This document shows, piece after piece, positions 11,161 through 23,871 of a DNA stretch of 64,000 bases. A program made the position numbers and the translations under genes. Under the pieces are notes generated by a model. The model was given only the letters and a program-made list of their open reading frames with translations. It was not told the DNA's origin and did no database searches. The stretch's first letter is position 1, and each line of letters begins with the position of its first letter. Source of the stretch: Callorhinchus milii (Eukaryota); NCBI RefSeq assembly GCF_018977255.1, contig NW_024704743.1, positions 68,574,001 to 68,638,000 of the forward strand. The letters run 5' to 3'.

Positions 11161-11949
11161 AACCCATCCGCCTACAACATGTAGCAGCTACAATTTGCAG
11201 TATATTCTGTGAAGCACTTTGACCACATCCTGGCTCATACAAAACTTTGCAAGCCCATCACTCCCATTGTAAAAAGGTCTACATTAAATGCAAAGATTGT
11301 TATTATTGGAAGAATATGAGGCAGTTGCGGAAGTGGTCACTGTAGCTCGAAGGTGTTAGCATTCAAGCCTCTTTCAAAAGCAGCTCGGTATTATAAATAC
11401 CATAATAGATGTCATATCAGATGCAGGTTAATGATTCCCCTACTATGTCTGAAATCACACCTCAGAAGAGCACTGTTTTAGTGCATCAATGTGACTCTTC
11501 CATTTTCTACACTGAACTAAATATGACCTGAACTATGTTAGTTCATCTTAATTCACTGAATGCCTCTTAGAGTTTGACTGCATGCGTTTAATAATTCAAG
11601 AAAAATAAGTGGTTGATAGGCAAGTAACAGTTACCTGTTGCTGGAGAATCTGTGATCAAAATAGCTTCCTATTTAATTAAGCTCTTTACTTTTTAAGCAC
11701 CGCTTGAGTGGAGAAGGAAAACTGCACTCCTGCGTTGGTGGTAGAGCTGTGGGATCCTTGCCAAACCCTATTTAGTAAGTATGATTGTTGCTTTAAAGCA
11801 AAGGGATATGAGATCTGCAAGTATCACTTTTTCTATTATCCTTCCTCTCCTGCAGCACAGACTCCTCCTTAGGTTTGCTGACATGGGACAAACCTGAGTT
11901 TTTGGAGAATTAAGGGAAAAAAGGAGGTAACAGCACTGAATAGAATAAT

Positions 11950-12180
11950 CACAATGGACCAAATTTTATTTGGGGGATTGTTGGCCAGGACACTCAGGAG
12001 AAACTAACTTCTCTTTTCGAATAATGCCATGATATCTTACAAGCAGTTGAGACCTGTGACAATGCAGTTCACCCAACGCTGCATTAGAGTGTCAGCCTAG
12101 ATGATGAGCTCAAAGTGCTGGCATGAGATGTGGGATTCGAACCCACAACCTTCTGAGGTGAGAGTGCTACCAACTGAGCC
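11950..12180 (-). mobile_element. Old Deu-domain SINE
   Basis: GTTGGCCAGGACACTCAGGAGAAACT...AATAATGCCATG...GTGTCAGCCTAG...GGATTCGAACCCACAACCTTCTGA. Confidence 0.75.
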
Positions 12181-12184
12181 TTAG

Positions 12185-12270
12185 TACAGACCAGAAATCG
12201 AACCTTGGACCTTCTTATTCTGCATGGTTCAAATAGGCAATGACTTCACAACTGAGCCATCAGGAAAGCC
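12185..12270 (-). mobile_element. AmnSINE2-like head relic
   Basis: Reverse complement CTGATGGCTCAG...CCATGCAGAATAAGAAGGTCCAAGGTTCGATTTCTGGTCTGT resembles the AmnSINE2 5' region as I recall it and matches 51648. Confidence 0.5.
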
Positions 12271-12539
12271 TGTGACATTTCTTATCAGTGTTTTTTCATG
12301 TGGGTGGAACTACATTAATATGTACTTATCTACACAACTGGTTCGGTTTACGAGTTTGTATTGGATTACTAGTTGGATTACTTGAACATACATTCTAATT
12401 ATATCTGAATCTTTGTATCTCTCAAATCTGGTAGTTTCTGGATATTTATTGTATGTGACCCTAATCTAACCTCATTTTACTTAAGACCCATGACCATCAA
12501 TGGATCAGCAATAGGACCACATTTGCCAAGCATAAGAGC

Positions 12540-13290
12540 GTGAGAAGAGTGACATAGAAGAAGATCGCAGAGGTAGGGAGAAGTGAGGGAGTGAAGAGAT
12601 TGGTAGCTGAGTGTGAGGATCTTTACGTCAATTGCAGTGAGTCAATGGAGACTGGTGAGATGGGAGTGACGGGCATGCAAAGGTTTGTGTGACTCAGAAT
12701 GTGGTCAGCAGAGCTTTAGATGTGTTGAAGCTTAGGGCATTTGAGAGGACACATTTGTAGATGATAAAGGTGTGAATGAGGGTTTGGGAAATATTTGATG
12801 TGAAAAAGGGATGGGGCTGGCCGATATGGCGAAGATGCAGCAAAGTGGTCTTGGGCAGTGATTGGATGTGAAGGAGGAAAGAGGTCAAACCCGATCCCCA
12901 AGGTTATACGATGGTTAGGTGAGTTGGTGAGAGTTGTCAGGAAGGTTGAGGAAGTCAAGCAGTCATTAGTGGGAGCCGAGGGGTAATGGCTTCTGTCTTG
13001 TCCATGTTTAACTGAAGAAAGCTTCGGCACATTCAATATTTGATGTCTGGCAGACTGGCAGTCAGAACATCAGAGGACCTGGAATTGAGGTACAAGTAGA
13101 GAGATAGATTTAGGTGTCATGTGTGTGTATGAAAACAAACTCCACGTTTGTGGAAGATGTCAACAAGATGGAACATGTAAATGAGGAAAAGGTGGGACTG
13201 ATGATAGAACCTCGAGGGTCACCGCAGGTGACTGTGCGAGAACAAAAGGAGGGGAAAAAAGTGAAGGCAATGCGTCATGTCTGATTAGAA
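12540..13290 (-). mobile_element. Old, highly diverged L2 LINE (RT to C-terminal region)
   Basis: Minus-strand remnants such as VTCGDPRGSIISPTFSS, LLHLRHIGQPHPF and QTLIHTFII are decayed versions of L2 motifs. Confidence 0.75.
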
Positions 13291-13879
13291 GCTGGAAAGT
13301 ACAGTTCCACAGACCCTACATGGTTTAGCTCTATTTTTTTAACTGTACTGATGTTGTGGCCTTGCCCAATCTTCTGAAAAGCAAACAAGTCTTCTGAAGC
13401 TTGTCATAAGGTGTACAAACCATTTCCGTTTGATACATGCAGCTGGAATGTGATCTATTGAAAAACGTTGCACTTTACCTACTGTTGATTTGGCAATCCC
13501 AATGTACTTTATAAATATTTAATATATCTCTTTGGCCAGTCAGTATTCAAATTCCTCTTATTAAACTGACTAACTGTTCTGTGACTTCATTCCTTAGAAA
13601 TATTCCTTAAAAGTATTGCAATGACATTAACAGGGATGACATCTTATACAAGCTTATTTACATGGAAATACATTTCCTCCAATATTTATAAAACTGTCTA
13701 ACATAGCAGTGCAGCTCAGAATGTGTTTGTAGAAACGAGGAGCAATAGTATTATACAGATCCGCTAACAAGCTAAAGAGCTTTTGCTCTTTCAAAATGCT
13801 TTATAGCAACATTTGTCTGTTGGTTTTCTGTGCGGGGCACAAAGGCTTATATTCTTAAACATCTGGCTATCATCCTAAA

Positions 13880-14420
13880 ACAATAACAATAATTTACATT
13901 TATATTGCATCTTTCACTTTGGGAGGACATCTCAAAGTGCTTCACGTGAGCTATCTGGGAGCCTAAGCTTTGGGGAGGGGGGAAAGGTCACTGAAAGCAT
14001 GGTTCAAAAGATAGATTTAAAGGCAGGAAGGAATGGGGAGTGAGTGAGTGAGTGAGGTGGAAGGATTCTGGGATGGAGTTCCAGAGAACGGGGGTAGATT
14101 AGGTGGGGGGACGTGAAGTGAGCTGGTGTTTGCTGAGCAGAAGGAATGGCCATGGCAATAGGAGGTTCCAGATGTAGAAGTGGAGTGAGGACATGGAGGG
14201 ATTTGAATGTGAGGCGAGGATCTAGAATTCAATTTGCTGGGAGATGGGGAGCCAGTGGAGCTGGAGTTGAGGTACAGATCAGCCATGATCTTATAGAATG
14301 GCAGAACAGACTCAAGGGACTGAATGGCCTACTCCTGTTCCTACGTTCCTATGACTCAAACAAGGATGGAGATGTTATGATCACGGAGCCTAGTGCTGAA
14401 GAAGCCACAAGCTGCAGAGT
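13880..14420 (-). mobile_element. Old L2 3' fragment interrupted by a CR1-type tail
   Basis: Tail AACAATAACAATAATTTACATTTATATTGCATCTTTCAC at the left end; GGGATGGAGTTCCAGAG (LWNSIP) and GGGAGCCAGTGGAG (LHWLP) on the minus strand. Confidence 0.75.
14262..14352 (+). mobile_element. CR1-clade LINE (or CR1-dependent SINE) 3' tail
   Basis: GATCAGCCATGATCTTATAGAATGGCAGAACAGACTCAAGGGACTGAATGGCCTACTCCTGTTCCTACGTTCCTATG resembles the chondrichthyan CR1/HE1-type 3' end with short terminal repeats. Confidence 0.75.
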
Positions 14421-15637
14421 TCTTAATAGAATCACAGTTAAACTTCCCAGTAATTGCTTATGGAAATGTGTATTTAGTCTCTTTCAAAGTGTGTTATTCC
14501 CCTTTACCCTATATAAAGCCTTGATTTGGGAGATTGCTTCTAAACCGATTGAGAATGCAAAGGGATGATCTTAACATGTTATCTTATCTTGGCCTGCTGA
14601 AAGTAATTTTTAGAAAATCATTGAATTCCCAGGACAAGGATTTAGTTTTTTATTAACATAGTTTCTCTCCCTCAGCTTTAGACATTTCTCCCCTCCCTGT
14701 TCCCAAAAGGGTCTGCATCTGGAAGGTGTGTCACTTCCTGTGTTAGTAAGAGCGGTGGTGGATTTCAGTGACTCAAATCTACTCATAGGGGTGTGAAGTG
14801 ACCATTTTATACACATCTGACAGAATAGCCGTGCAAACTTTGTTTCGTAATAGTGTGGTGATATCAGCACAATTCATTTTATTACAACTTGTAGACTATA
14901 CCCTGTAAAAAAAAAAACTCATTAAGATCAGCTTGACTCTACATCATGAAGTTAGTGATATTTCTACGCTGTAATTGTTTAATAACCGTAAAAATGTAAC
15001 ACTGTTTATAAATAGATAACTACTGTGTACTGCAGACTATGACGCTTCATGACTCAAATGACTCTCCTTAGCCTTATCATTAGTGTGAACATTCTTAGCT
15101 TCACACATCCCTTCTTATAATTCAGTTGTTGAATTCCAGCTAATAATCTAGCTACCCTTCTCCACCCTCCACAATGCCATGATATCCTTACTGTTTTACA
15201 GTGTCCAGAATTGTCACATACTCCACATGGGGGTCAGACACAGTGTCCTTTATAAGTTCAGTATTACTTCCTCTGACTTAGATGCTCTATCCCTCCAGCT
15301 GTGCACTTCAAAATTCTGCTTGCTTTCTTTGGTATAGCCAGCTGCACACTGTGCTGACAATGATCTTGCTAAGTATTTGTACCCAAATTTACTTTCTGAT
15401 TTATTCCGCATCCTCCCTACCGTTAAGTTTCCTCTGCGTCTAGGCACTGAACAGAGGAAATCATTCAAAAATGACACTGCCCCTTTAAGAAACTTTAAGA
15501 GCAGCAGTCAAGTGACAAATACAGTTCAGCAAAATAAGTTTTAACTATAACCATGGTTTAAAAAAGAAACTAGATGGCAACACCCTCTGACCCCTGAATG
15601 CAAGCTCAATGTGTCCTGTGACGTTATACATTTTAAG

Positions 15638-15756
15638 CTTCTTCAAGTGGTTATGGTCCTTTTGAAGTATTTGCCTATTCAGAGACTATCAGTGGAGCAA
15701 AACCCAGAGTGGTTTGTGGAAGATGATGGTATTATGAAAAATAAAGACCTGACAAG
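15638..15756 (+). other. Candidate exon (open frame LLQVVMVLLKYLPIQRLSVEQNPEWFVEDDGIMKNKDLT, phase-2 end)
   Basis: Consensus donor AAG|GTAAGT after 15756 in unique sequence. The 5' boundary is uncertain (AG at 15637 or 15682, or a first exon). Confidence 0.3.
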
Positions 15757-17796
15757 GTAAGTATTCACCCTTTTACTGCGTCAACCTTTGTTCAACTATC
15801 AAGAGCTTTGGGGCATCCTCCAAACATGAAGGGTGCTATTTTTGTGTAAATTGTATTAGGACACCCTCATCAAAACTGTTGATCACTTATAACCCTTGTC
15901 TTTGTGTAATGGGTTACATAGACCCTTCTAAGAACTGGCATTTGCTTTTGGCAATCTCATGGGTATTGTATTGAGTGCCAAAAATGCTATAAAGCAAATT
16001 GAACACAAGTTTAAAATATAATGTTGAAAATGATACCAACAAAAACCTCTTCTATTTAAACCCTCATAAGTTCTAACCAAATAGGGTAAGTGTATTAAAT
16101 TTTTTTTTAAAAAAGCTACAGCAACAATACCATTTCTTATATCTTGTGATCCCTTTGAGGAAAATAGCTGTTTAAAAGTATTCATTCTTATAATAATCAG
16201 TATTGTAATGGTGGAAAACTAGCTCTAGCATGCAATAGGAAGTGCCCCTTAAAACAAACCTATGAATGGTCCATTGAATGTAAATGGGATGTTTTGGAAA
16301 ATCGTGCTCAATGAGCCTTGTGGTGTTTTTATTTATGAGAAAAAGGCTTAATAGCCATCCTGCTTGGCTATTCTCAAATTAAAACTCTATTGCTCTAGGA
16401 AAACCCATCACGATCTGTTGATCCATTGATCTGTTGCTTAAATGATTGCACCCGTAAAATGCTTAATTCAAACAATGAGCTATTGTATAAATATTTCTCT
16501 GCAGAATGTGAATATATATTAATTTTTGCTTGAGTAATCAATCCATTTACCTTGCCACTGCATTACAGTGGACACTAGAAAGCCTTCAGTAACACAGTAT
16601 TGGAAATTTACTCAACCAGGTTTTGAATTGGATAATATTTTGCAAAATACACTAATACTGCAGTTTGAAATGGACATCTGTTGGCTTTTATGTTCATTTT
16701 TGCTAGTCATTGAAATCTTTCGTTAAATATGCCCACTGATCTCCGAGTCACATTCCACCAAAAGGTGGCAATTATTGTTACTCAGGAACATAGGGCTCTA
16801 CTGTACAATGTTATTTATTATTGACAGTAAGTAGTTGTAAAACATGTTGAGACATTTCAACATGATAAAGCACTGTAAAATACCAGTTCTTTCTATGTAT
16901 TATAATTAATATTTCAAACGTTAGTGCCAAAATCAAATCAAAAGTGAATTTCGAGTGAATAAAAATCAACAGAGGTCAGTAAGCATCCATGGTTTGACTT
17001 GACGTCTATTGACCCCATAAAATCAGGCTCGATAAGAAGAATGAATGAGGTATCTGAACCTTGTCTGAATGTGACTTGGAACTCTGGTCGCAGAAGAGCT
17101 GCGATTAATCCTTTCAAAAGTGTGGTGTGTGTGTGTGTAAATGAAGCACTCTTAGAGACATCTGTCCTGATCCCTGAAGCTCATCACTTTGTAGATGAAA
17201 GAATGATTAGTACTCCTTTTCAGGATGCATATTACCTTCATTCCTGTTCATTTCCACAATTAAACTTATTGAATTGTTTTTTGTTCACTGTAACTAATTC
17301 CTCTGTTACGCAATTTCAGTTTACGGTTTAGCCGGATTGTTAGAGTACAGGGCTTTGTTTTCCTGACAGTATTACAAGATACATAGCATTGCCTATGGTG
17401 GCTGAATAAATTTCTAAACATTTTTAAACCAATGCTTTTTTTTAAAATCCTAAAACGTGCCTCTTCACATAGCCATTAAATTATTTATATGCTTGCACTG
17501 GGAAATGCAGGCAAGTTTTGTTTCACGTAAGTAAATAATGTAGGTGTTTTTAGAAGTTTCAATGGTGCATAAAATCAACCAAATGTGTTACGCTTTTCCT
17601 AGTTTTTATAGAAATGGTGTTCACCAAAGTTTTGTTGGTCTTGTCCATTCTAGCACTCTGCAGGGATTTGATCATCTATCATGGGACTGAACTGCATCAC
17701 ATTTGCACTGCATTATGTTTGCAGTGTATTTTGACATGCTACATTGATATTAATCCACACATGCTTAAAATCAAGTACCACTACCTAATGTGCAAG

Positions 17797-17797
<1 letters not shown>

Positions 17798-17834
<37 letters not shown>

Positions 17835-18040
17835 CGAAATGTCTCAAAGTGCTTCAGAGAATATACTTTAAAGTGAATTGACTGTATATTTTGTGGGTGA
17901 AACACAGCAGTGTCTCACAAACAGTCTTGGATTGAAGTTAGCAATTGTTTTTTTAAGGAAGTATTACCTCTGGAAAAACGATCTGCCAATCGACCAACAA
18001 CGGGTTCCTACTTACTGTTAGGTAAACAGAGGCGTGTGGA
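17798..18040 (-). mobile_element. 5'-truncated SINE, long subfamily, with (ATA)n microsatellite tail
   Basis: (ATA)n at 17798-17833, SINE body, and the long-subfamily segment CCTACTTACTGTTAGGTAAACAGAGGCGTGTGGA. Confidence 0.8.
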
Positions 18041-19894
18041 TTTGTAAAGATGCATTTGTTAAGTACAGTAATAATAATCCTAATAATAGATGTGAAAAGT
18101 GCTATATCAAAATGCAAGGATTATTATTATTATAATGTGCCATTTTATGTGATCAAGGCCTTGCAGTGGTGTATTAAGCTTCCCCTGTACTGCAGAGCTG
18201 AGTTGGGGGGGACTAGAGCTTTGCAAACTATTGTGAAATGGATTATATCAGATACAGAAATACTGACACTGTGTCCAGGTGCATCTTCACGTCAAGGAAT
18301 GTCAACCATAATCTATGGGCTGTTCGGCACATAGTCCTATTCATGCAGTTGGGACCTTTTGAGAATCTGAAAAATTGTTGCATGGAACCATCCCAGAACT
18401 ATATGCCATAGGTTCCAGTCTGCCTCGGGGATTGTCTTCGCTGAGATCTGGTAAAACCTAGAGCTGATGGCTCTGGCCATTTTTGTGGTGAGGATGCTGG
18501 ACAAACCAATCTTGTGATTTTGTGATAATAGGACTAGAAAGTCACTTCACCAATAGTCTCCTTGTCGAATGGGATGGCCAGCTTCATCTTCTTGTATCAG
18601 GTTACAGTGAGCATGGGTTAGTTCTATTTCTTGAGACATTTTATGAACGATATCTTAATTAATTTGTATTGTACAAGCTGCTACTTTCTTTATCAGTTGC
18701 CCAGCAATGTTGCCTCACAAAATGCTGGAAGCCACCAGTTTATTGAAACTGAGTTGATTCATGACAGTCCTGTATTTAAAAGTGGATATTTTTAAATACA
18801 TGAGTAACAATAGATTACTTAACGTTGATTGTGTTTTTGAAACTTTATAACTTTCAAACTTTATAATTCAAACTTCATATATTAGGTGATGCGGCAAAAA
18901 TGCCATTGTGAAACATTTTCTGTATTTAAATTAACCCAACCTCATTTATAAGGCGCGATGTGCTATAGTAATAATAATCCTTGCACTTGATACAGCCCCT
19001 TGTCATGTCATTGAACCATTCAAAGCGCTTTTGTCCACAAAATATACACAGCCACATATTTTTGCAGTGAATCCTGTGAAATGGTTTGAGATGCCTCAAT
19101 GCTGTGTTAAGGTGTTATATCAAATGCAACAATTATTATTAGTAGTAATATTAAAGCACTTCGCAGTATTGAACTATAAAGTGGAAAAAACCCATATTTG
19201 TAGATGAATGGGGCAACTAATTTTCACACAGCAATGTCCCACAAAATGCCATGAAGTGAATAACCAGTTTTATCTTGCCAGGTCTCAATAATGTTTTATG
19301 AATAATTTCAATGGAAGAGCTAAATTCTAGCAGAATGAAGAAGTCACATTTTTGCAAGAAAGCTGCATCAGTGTTTGGCAATGGGACATTTTCCCACATT
19401 TCATCCTGTGTTGGCATTGGTTATTCACGATTCAATTATTGCCCGGGGTGAGATATACCGTAATCCTGTCTAATCTGTACTAACAATGTGTCTGCCATTG
19501 CTGTCAGAAGGGTATTCCATGTTGAATCAGCATGGTATTTCCTCACTAGCTACCCATGTGGTCTCTCAGCAACCCTTCAAATTGAAACCAAATTTGGGGC
19601 AGTCTTGAATTGTAGAGCTGTATCCACTGAGAACTCAGCTGAGTCTGGCCAAATGAATTTCAATTAGGATGCTGATTGCTTTTATTGATTGTTAAAAGAA
19701 GATTCCCAGTTGGACACTAGGTTTATAATGAATACCATGATTATTAGATTTATTACATTGCTAAAATTTCAAGTTTAGTGCTGAAGCCAAAACACTATTA
19801 GAGCAACAGCTTGTATTTACAAAGCACCCTTCATGCAGGATGGTCTCAGAGCGTTGTATAGTGGCGAGATTGGATGCCAAGCAAGAGCAATATT

Positions 19895-20295
19895 GATAAT
19901 TATAATAACAATAATCCTTGCATTTTATATAGCGCCTTATCATGTCACTGAGATGCCTCAAAACACTTCACATGCTATACTTTTATTTTTTGTGGGCGAA
20001 ATGCGGCAGTCAGTTTGCTCACAAAGAGCCATGAAGTGAATAATAAATTTTATTTGGGGGATTGTTGTCCAGGACACTAGGAGAAACTCCCTTTTTTTTT
20101 GAATAGTGGCATGGGATTTTTAACGTCCACCTGAACAGGCAGACGGGACCTTGGTTTAATGCCTCATCTGAAGGACGTCACCTCTGACAATGCAGCACAC
20201 CCCCCAGCTCTGCATTGGAGCGTCATCTTAGACTTTTAAGTGGGACTTGAACCCGCAATCTTCTGACTCAGTGCTACCACTGAGCCAGGCTGACA
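19895..20295 (-). mobile_element. Near full-length Deu-domain SINE
   Basis: Reverse complement contains GTGCTGCATTGTCAGAGGTGACGTCCTTCAGATGAGGCATTAAACCAAGGTCCCGTCTGCCTGTTCAGGTGGACGTTAAAAATCCCATGCCACTATTC (Deu-domain type, as in AmnSINE1/SacSINE1), a tRNA-like head and an L2-type tail. Confidence 0.85.
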
Positions 20296-23200
20296 ATATT
20301 CGAAGTAAAATTGAAAGAAATGGCATGTATTTTGACCACACCATCAGAACAGTACTAACTATATCCATCATATAGCAAAGTACAGGTGTGGATTTTGAGT
20401 GCTCGATCAGAGTTAACTATCCTGGTTCAGTACCCTTCCAACACTAGACTGAGGCATAAAGACATATGGCCACTATGGCTAAGAACCAGAGTGCTGTTGC
20501 TACAAGGAAACCAAATCCAGTATAAATGAAAGCCTTCAGGAGAGATGAAAACAAAGCAGAAAAATATAGAAGAAAATGAAATAATAAATAACCGTGTATT
20601 TGATATGCCTCTCACATCAGGAGGACATCTCGAAGCACAGGATTTACTGTAAATGTATAGTGACTGCATTTTGTAGGCAAACAGAACATAGTAAAAGAAT
20701 GGACTCTGTAACAAGATTCAAAATACAAACATTGGGCGTGTAGTTACCCTATTTCTATAATCAGTTTACAGACATTACTTTTCATTTATCATACTCCTTG
20801 TATGTTTATATATGAACTGAATTGTAATTTGTCCTGGCTATATTATTTGCTTTGATCTGCTTGGATGTTTAAAGAAAGCATCTGCAGGAAACATTTCCCT
20901 ATTGGGAAAATAAGACTTGTGTCTTAAGTAATAACACAAAATTAATTTTATGGTCTGTAACATGAATTTTTCATTTTTGTATTGTGAACAGATTTAACTG
21001 AAGGTTTTCAATATTTTAGAAGAAAAACAAATATAAGGGATGAGTTTTGAGGTCACTGACTAGTGTACAGTATTCATTTGACAACTCTTTTTTCCTGTCT
21101 GACTAGGAAAAGGTCGGTATTAAAGGTCGATCTGGTCACAGCTATGATGTACACAATGACTTTTACAAGCCCAGCACTTTCCCCTAGAAAACTGGGTTTT
21201 CAACTTAAAATTCCTCTTGCTGCTAAGTTTAATGACCTGAAACATCTCCTATTACAATAGGAAGAGGAATGTTTTTTGTCCTTCCAGTATTATTTTAAGC
21301 AAATCGATGTCAAACTAATTTATGTTTTCACATTTCTCGATATTCAGGCTCTGTTTTGTTATGGGAATGATAGTTGAGTTTGTAAGTCAGTCCTCCCCAC
21401 AGGCTTTCTTATTGAGATTTGCTGAAGTTGGTTTTGCTTGTTCTTCAATCTAGACTATCCGAGATTGAGACTAATTGATACATTTGAAAATGATTCTTGT
21501 GAGTCATAGCAAAGTGGCTAATTTTGCACTGAACAATTCTATTTATGCATTTGTTTCTCCAGCATATTTCGTTAAACACCAAAGTGGGGTAGGAAATGTG
21601 CTTATGTCTGAACACTAGCTCTTAAATCAATAACTTCAAACCGTCATCTGGTGAGATTTTATCCAGACTTCCTAAATACATTTCTCTCATTAGACGACAT
21701 ACTGTGTGCTGTCTATGGCAAATTTCCAAAAGCTCCAATGTTTTTGAAATATTTTATTTCTATATAAAGTCTCTGCTCATAAGTTGTGACATATCTAGAT
21801 TGTCAGGTGTTTTTAAACTGTTGTGTGAGTGGGAATGACTTGAAGGGTATTACTGGTTTGTGCCATGTCATCAGTCTACTGTCACTCACTTCATGGTGTG
21901 TACACCAATTGACTGCCTGGTTCATCCACAAATATAGTCTCTACACTTCACACTCAAATCCTATGATTTTTGAGGTGTCTTGAAGACTTGATAAGATGCT
22001 ATATCAAATGAAAGGATTATCATTATTGACAATACAATTTGGATGAGAAATCAAACTTATAGAACACTCTGTGAATGCAATTGAGGTTGTGCAACACTTC
22101 TTTAAACACAGTCATTAAAATTAATGAATCACTTTCAGCTTTTTAATTTGAAACAGTTTCATTTTTTTTTCTAGCATTCAAAACTACACTTTGGGTGTTA
22201 TGGTGAGGGCTGCACTGGGATGTATTCCATTTACCTGCTGGACTTGTGCACTGACCTTTAGGTTAAATATGATTGCATTTCCTTGTTCTTCGACTCTTCT
22301 GCTTTGCAGCCCTGCTCAGCACTGAGGGTTTTACCAAATGTATTTCAGTGTAAACTCGGTGTTGCAGAACCTGATTGTTCCACTATATCTCATAATCCGA
22401 TGCATGAACCCTAGTACTCAAGACACCGAATAAGTCATTTTAAAAAAAAAGTTGGTGTACTTAATGAAGGGTTTTGTTAAAGGTAATAATTATCAAAGGA
22501 ATAACTCTTTAAATACATAATACAGCCTCTTGTGGATGATCACATTCTGGATTGGTCAGTCAGAGTACTAGACTTAGCACCTAACATTTATGGGTTCACA
22601 TTTCTGTGGCTCAACTCAACCCTTCAATCTTTTGAAGTTGGTAAAATTAATCTAAAATTTAAAAGTATCTTTAGCTTGACAGGTGTGAAATACACCTCAC
22701 TTGGCTAATCTGGCTATCAAATGCAAACATTATTATTATTCAAAGACCTGTAAGATTGTTCCAGGATTTCAAATGCAAGGAATAATTTTATTATTATAAT
22801 TTGACTTTCCCTCAAAGTGAAACAAAAATATGGGATCAGAACTTGGATTTGGAAACGATTCAATCAACATTGGATCTTGACGATAACTGGGCATGACACT
22901 AACCACTCTAGCACAATCTCCTTCCAGCATTCCTGTAAGTTGATACAAAACACATTGGGCTACAGGATTCAATATTTATGAGACCTTTGCAAATCCAAGT
23001 TGCAAACTCTATATTTTAGACCTCTATTGGTCTCTTGCTCCATATGGAGCTTGTAAACCTACAACTAACTGAATAGTTAGTGGTGCAGAAATATTGATGG
23101 TTACTGTAATAGAACTCAGATTAAAATGTTGTTGTGATACCATATTATCATCTATCTCCAAAAATAAAATTCAATAGTTTTCAGGAGAAGAAATTGTATG

Positions 23201-23871
23201 AAGAGCCAAAAATGAAAAGTCAGAGGCATGGCAAGAACACTATAGCAGCTGTGTGCATATGTTGGTGCATATAGACAGAAAAATACAGGCTATAATAACT
23301 GCGGTCAAATCTGGCAACCAGTGAAATAAATTATCCTGCATTGAATTTGAAGTTGCTTCAGCGTGAGAAGTCAGAGATATTTAAGGAGGAATTGGAGTTC
23401 TTTACTGTAATTGACACAATGTTGGCACATTGAAGTGTTTGAACGACACATGCCAATGTAATGTTTATGGTTGAACGCCATCTGGGATTAATTCATTTAG
23501 TATAACCTAAACAATTCATAACGAAACATGTGGCTTGTGTTTTAGTCAGTTCCATACAGTATTCTTTCACAATACTTTTTTAAAGTCTGCGACAAATTGG
23601 TGGTCGATGATGCCTTTTGTAGAATGGTTGTCCTCAAGGGTAAATCATGTTTTGAAATGAGTTACATGTTTGAGAAATGTGATTGCAATTGTGAACTGTG
23701 AAATAATTTGCCCAACATTTGGGTCATTAATCACATGCTATATAATAATATACACAATTAACTGTGGTCAAATATGCTCAGGAACAGTTAATTACGTCTT
23801 CCTACAGTATGTTAGCAAATGTAATATAGAGATGTAACGTGTAAGTTTTATCCCTGAGGTTTGTTTTGTTT

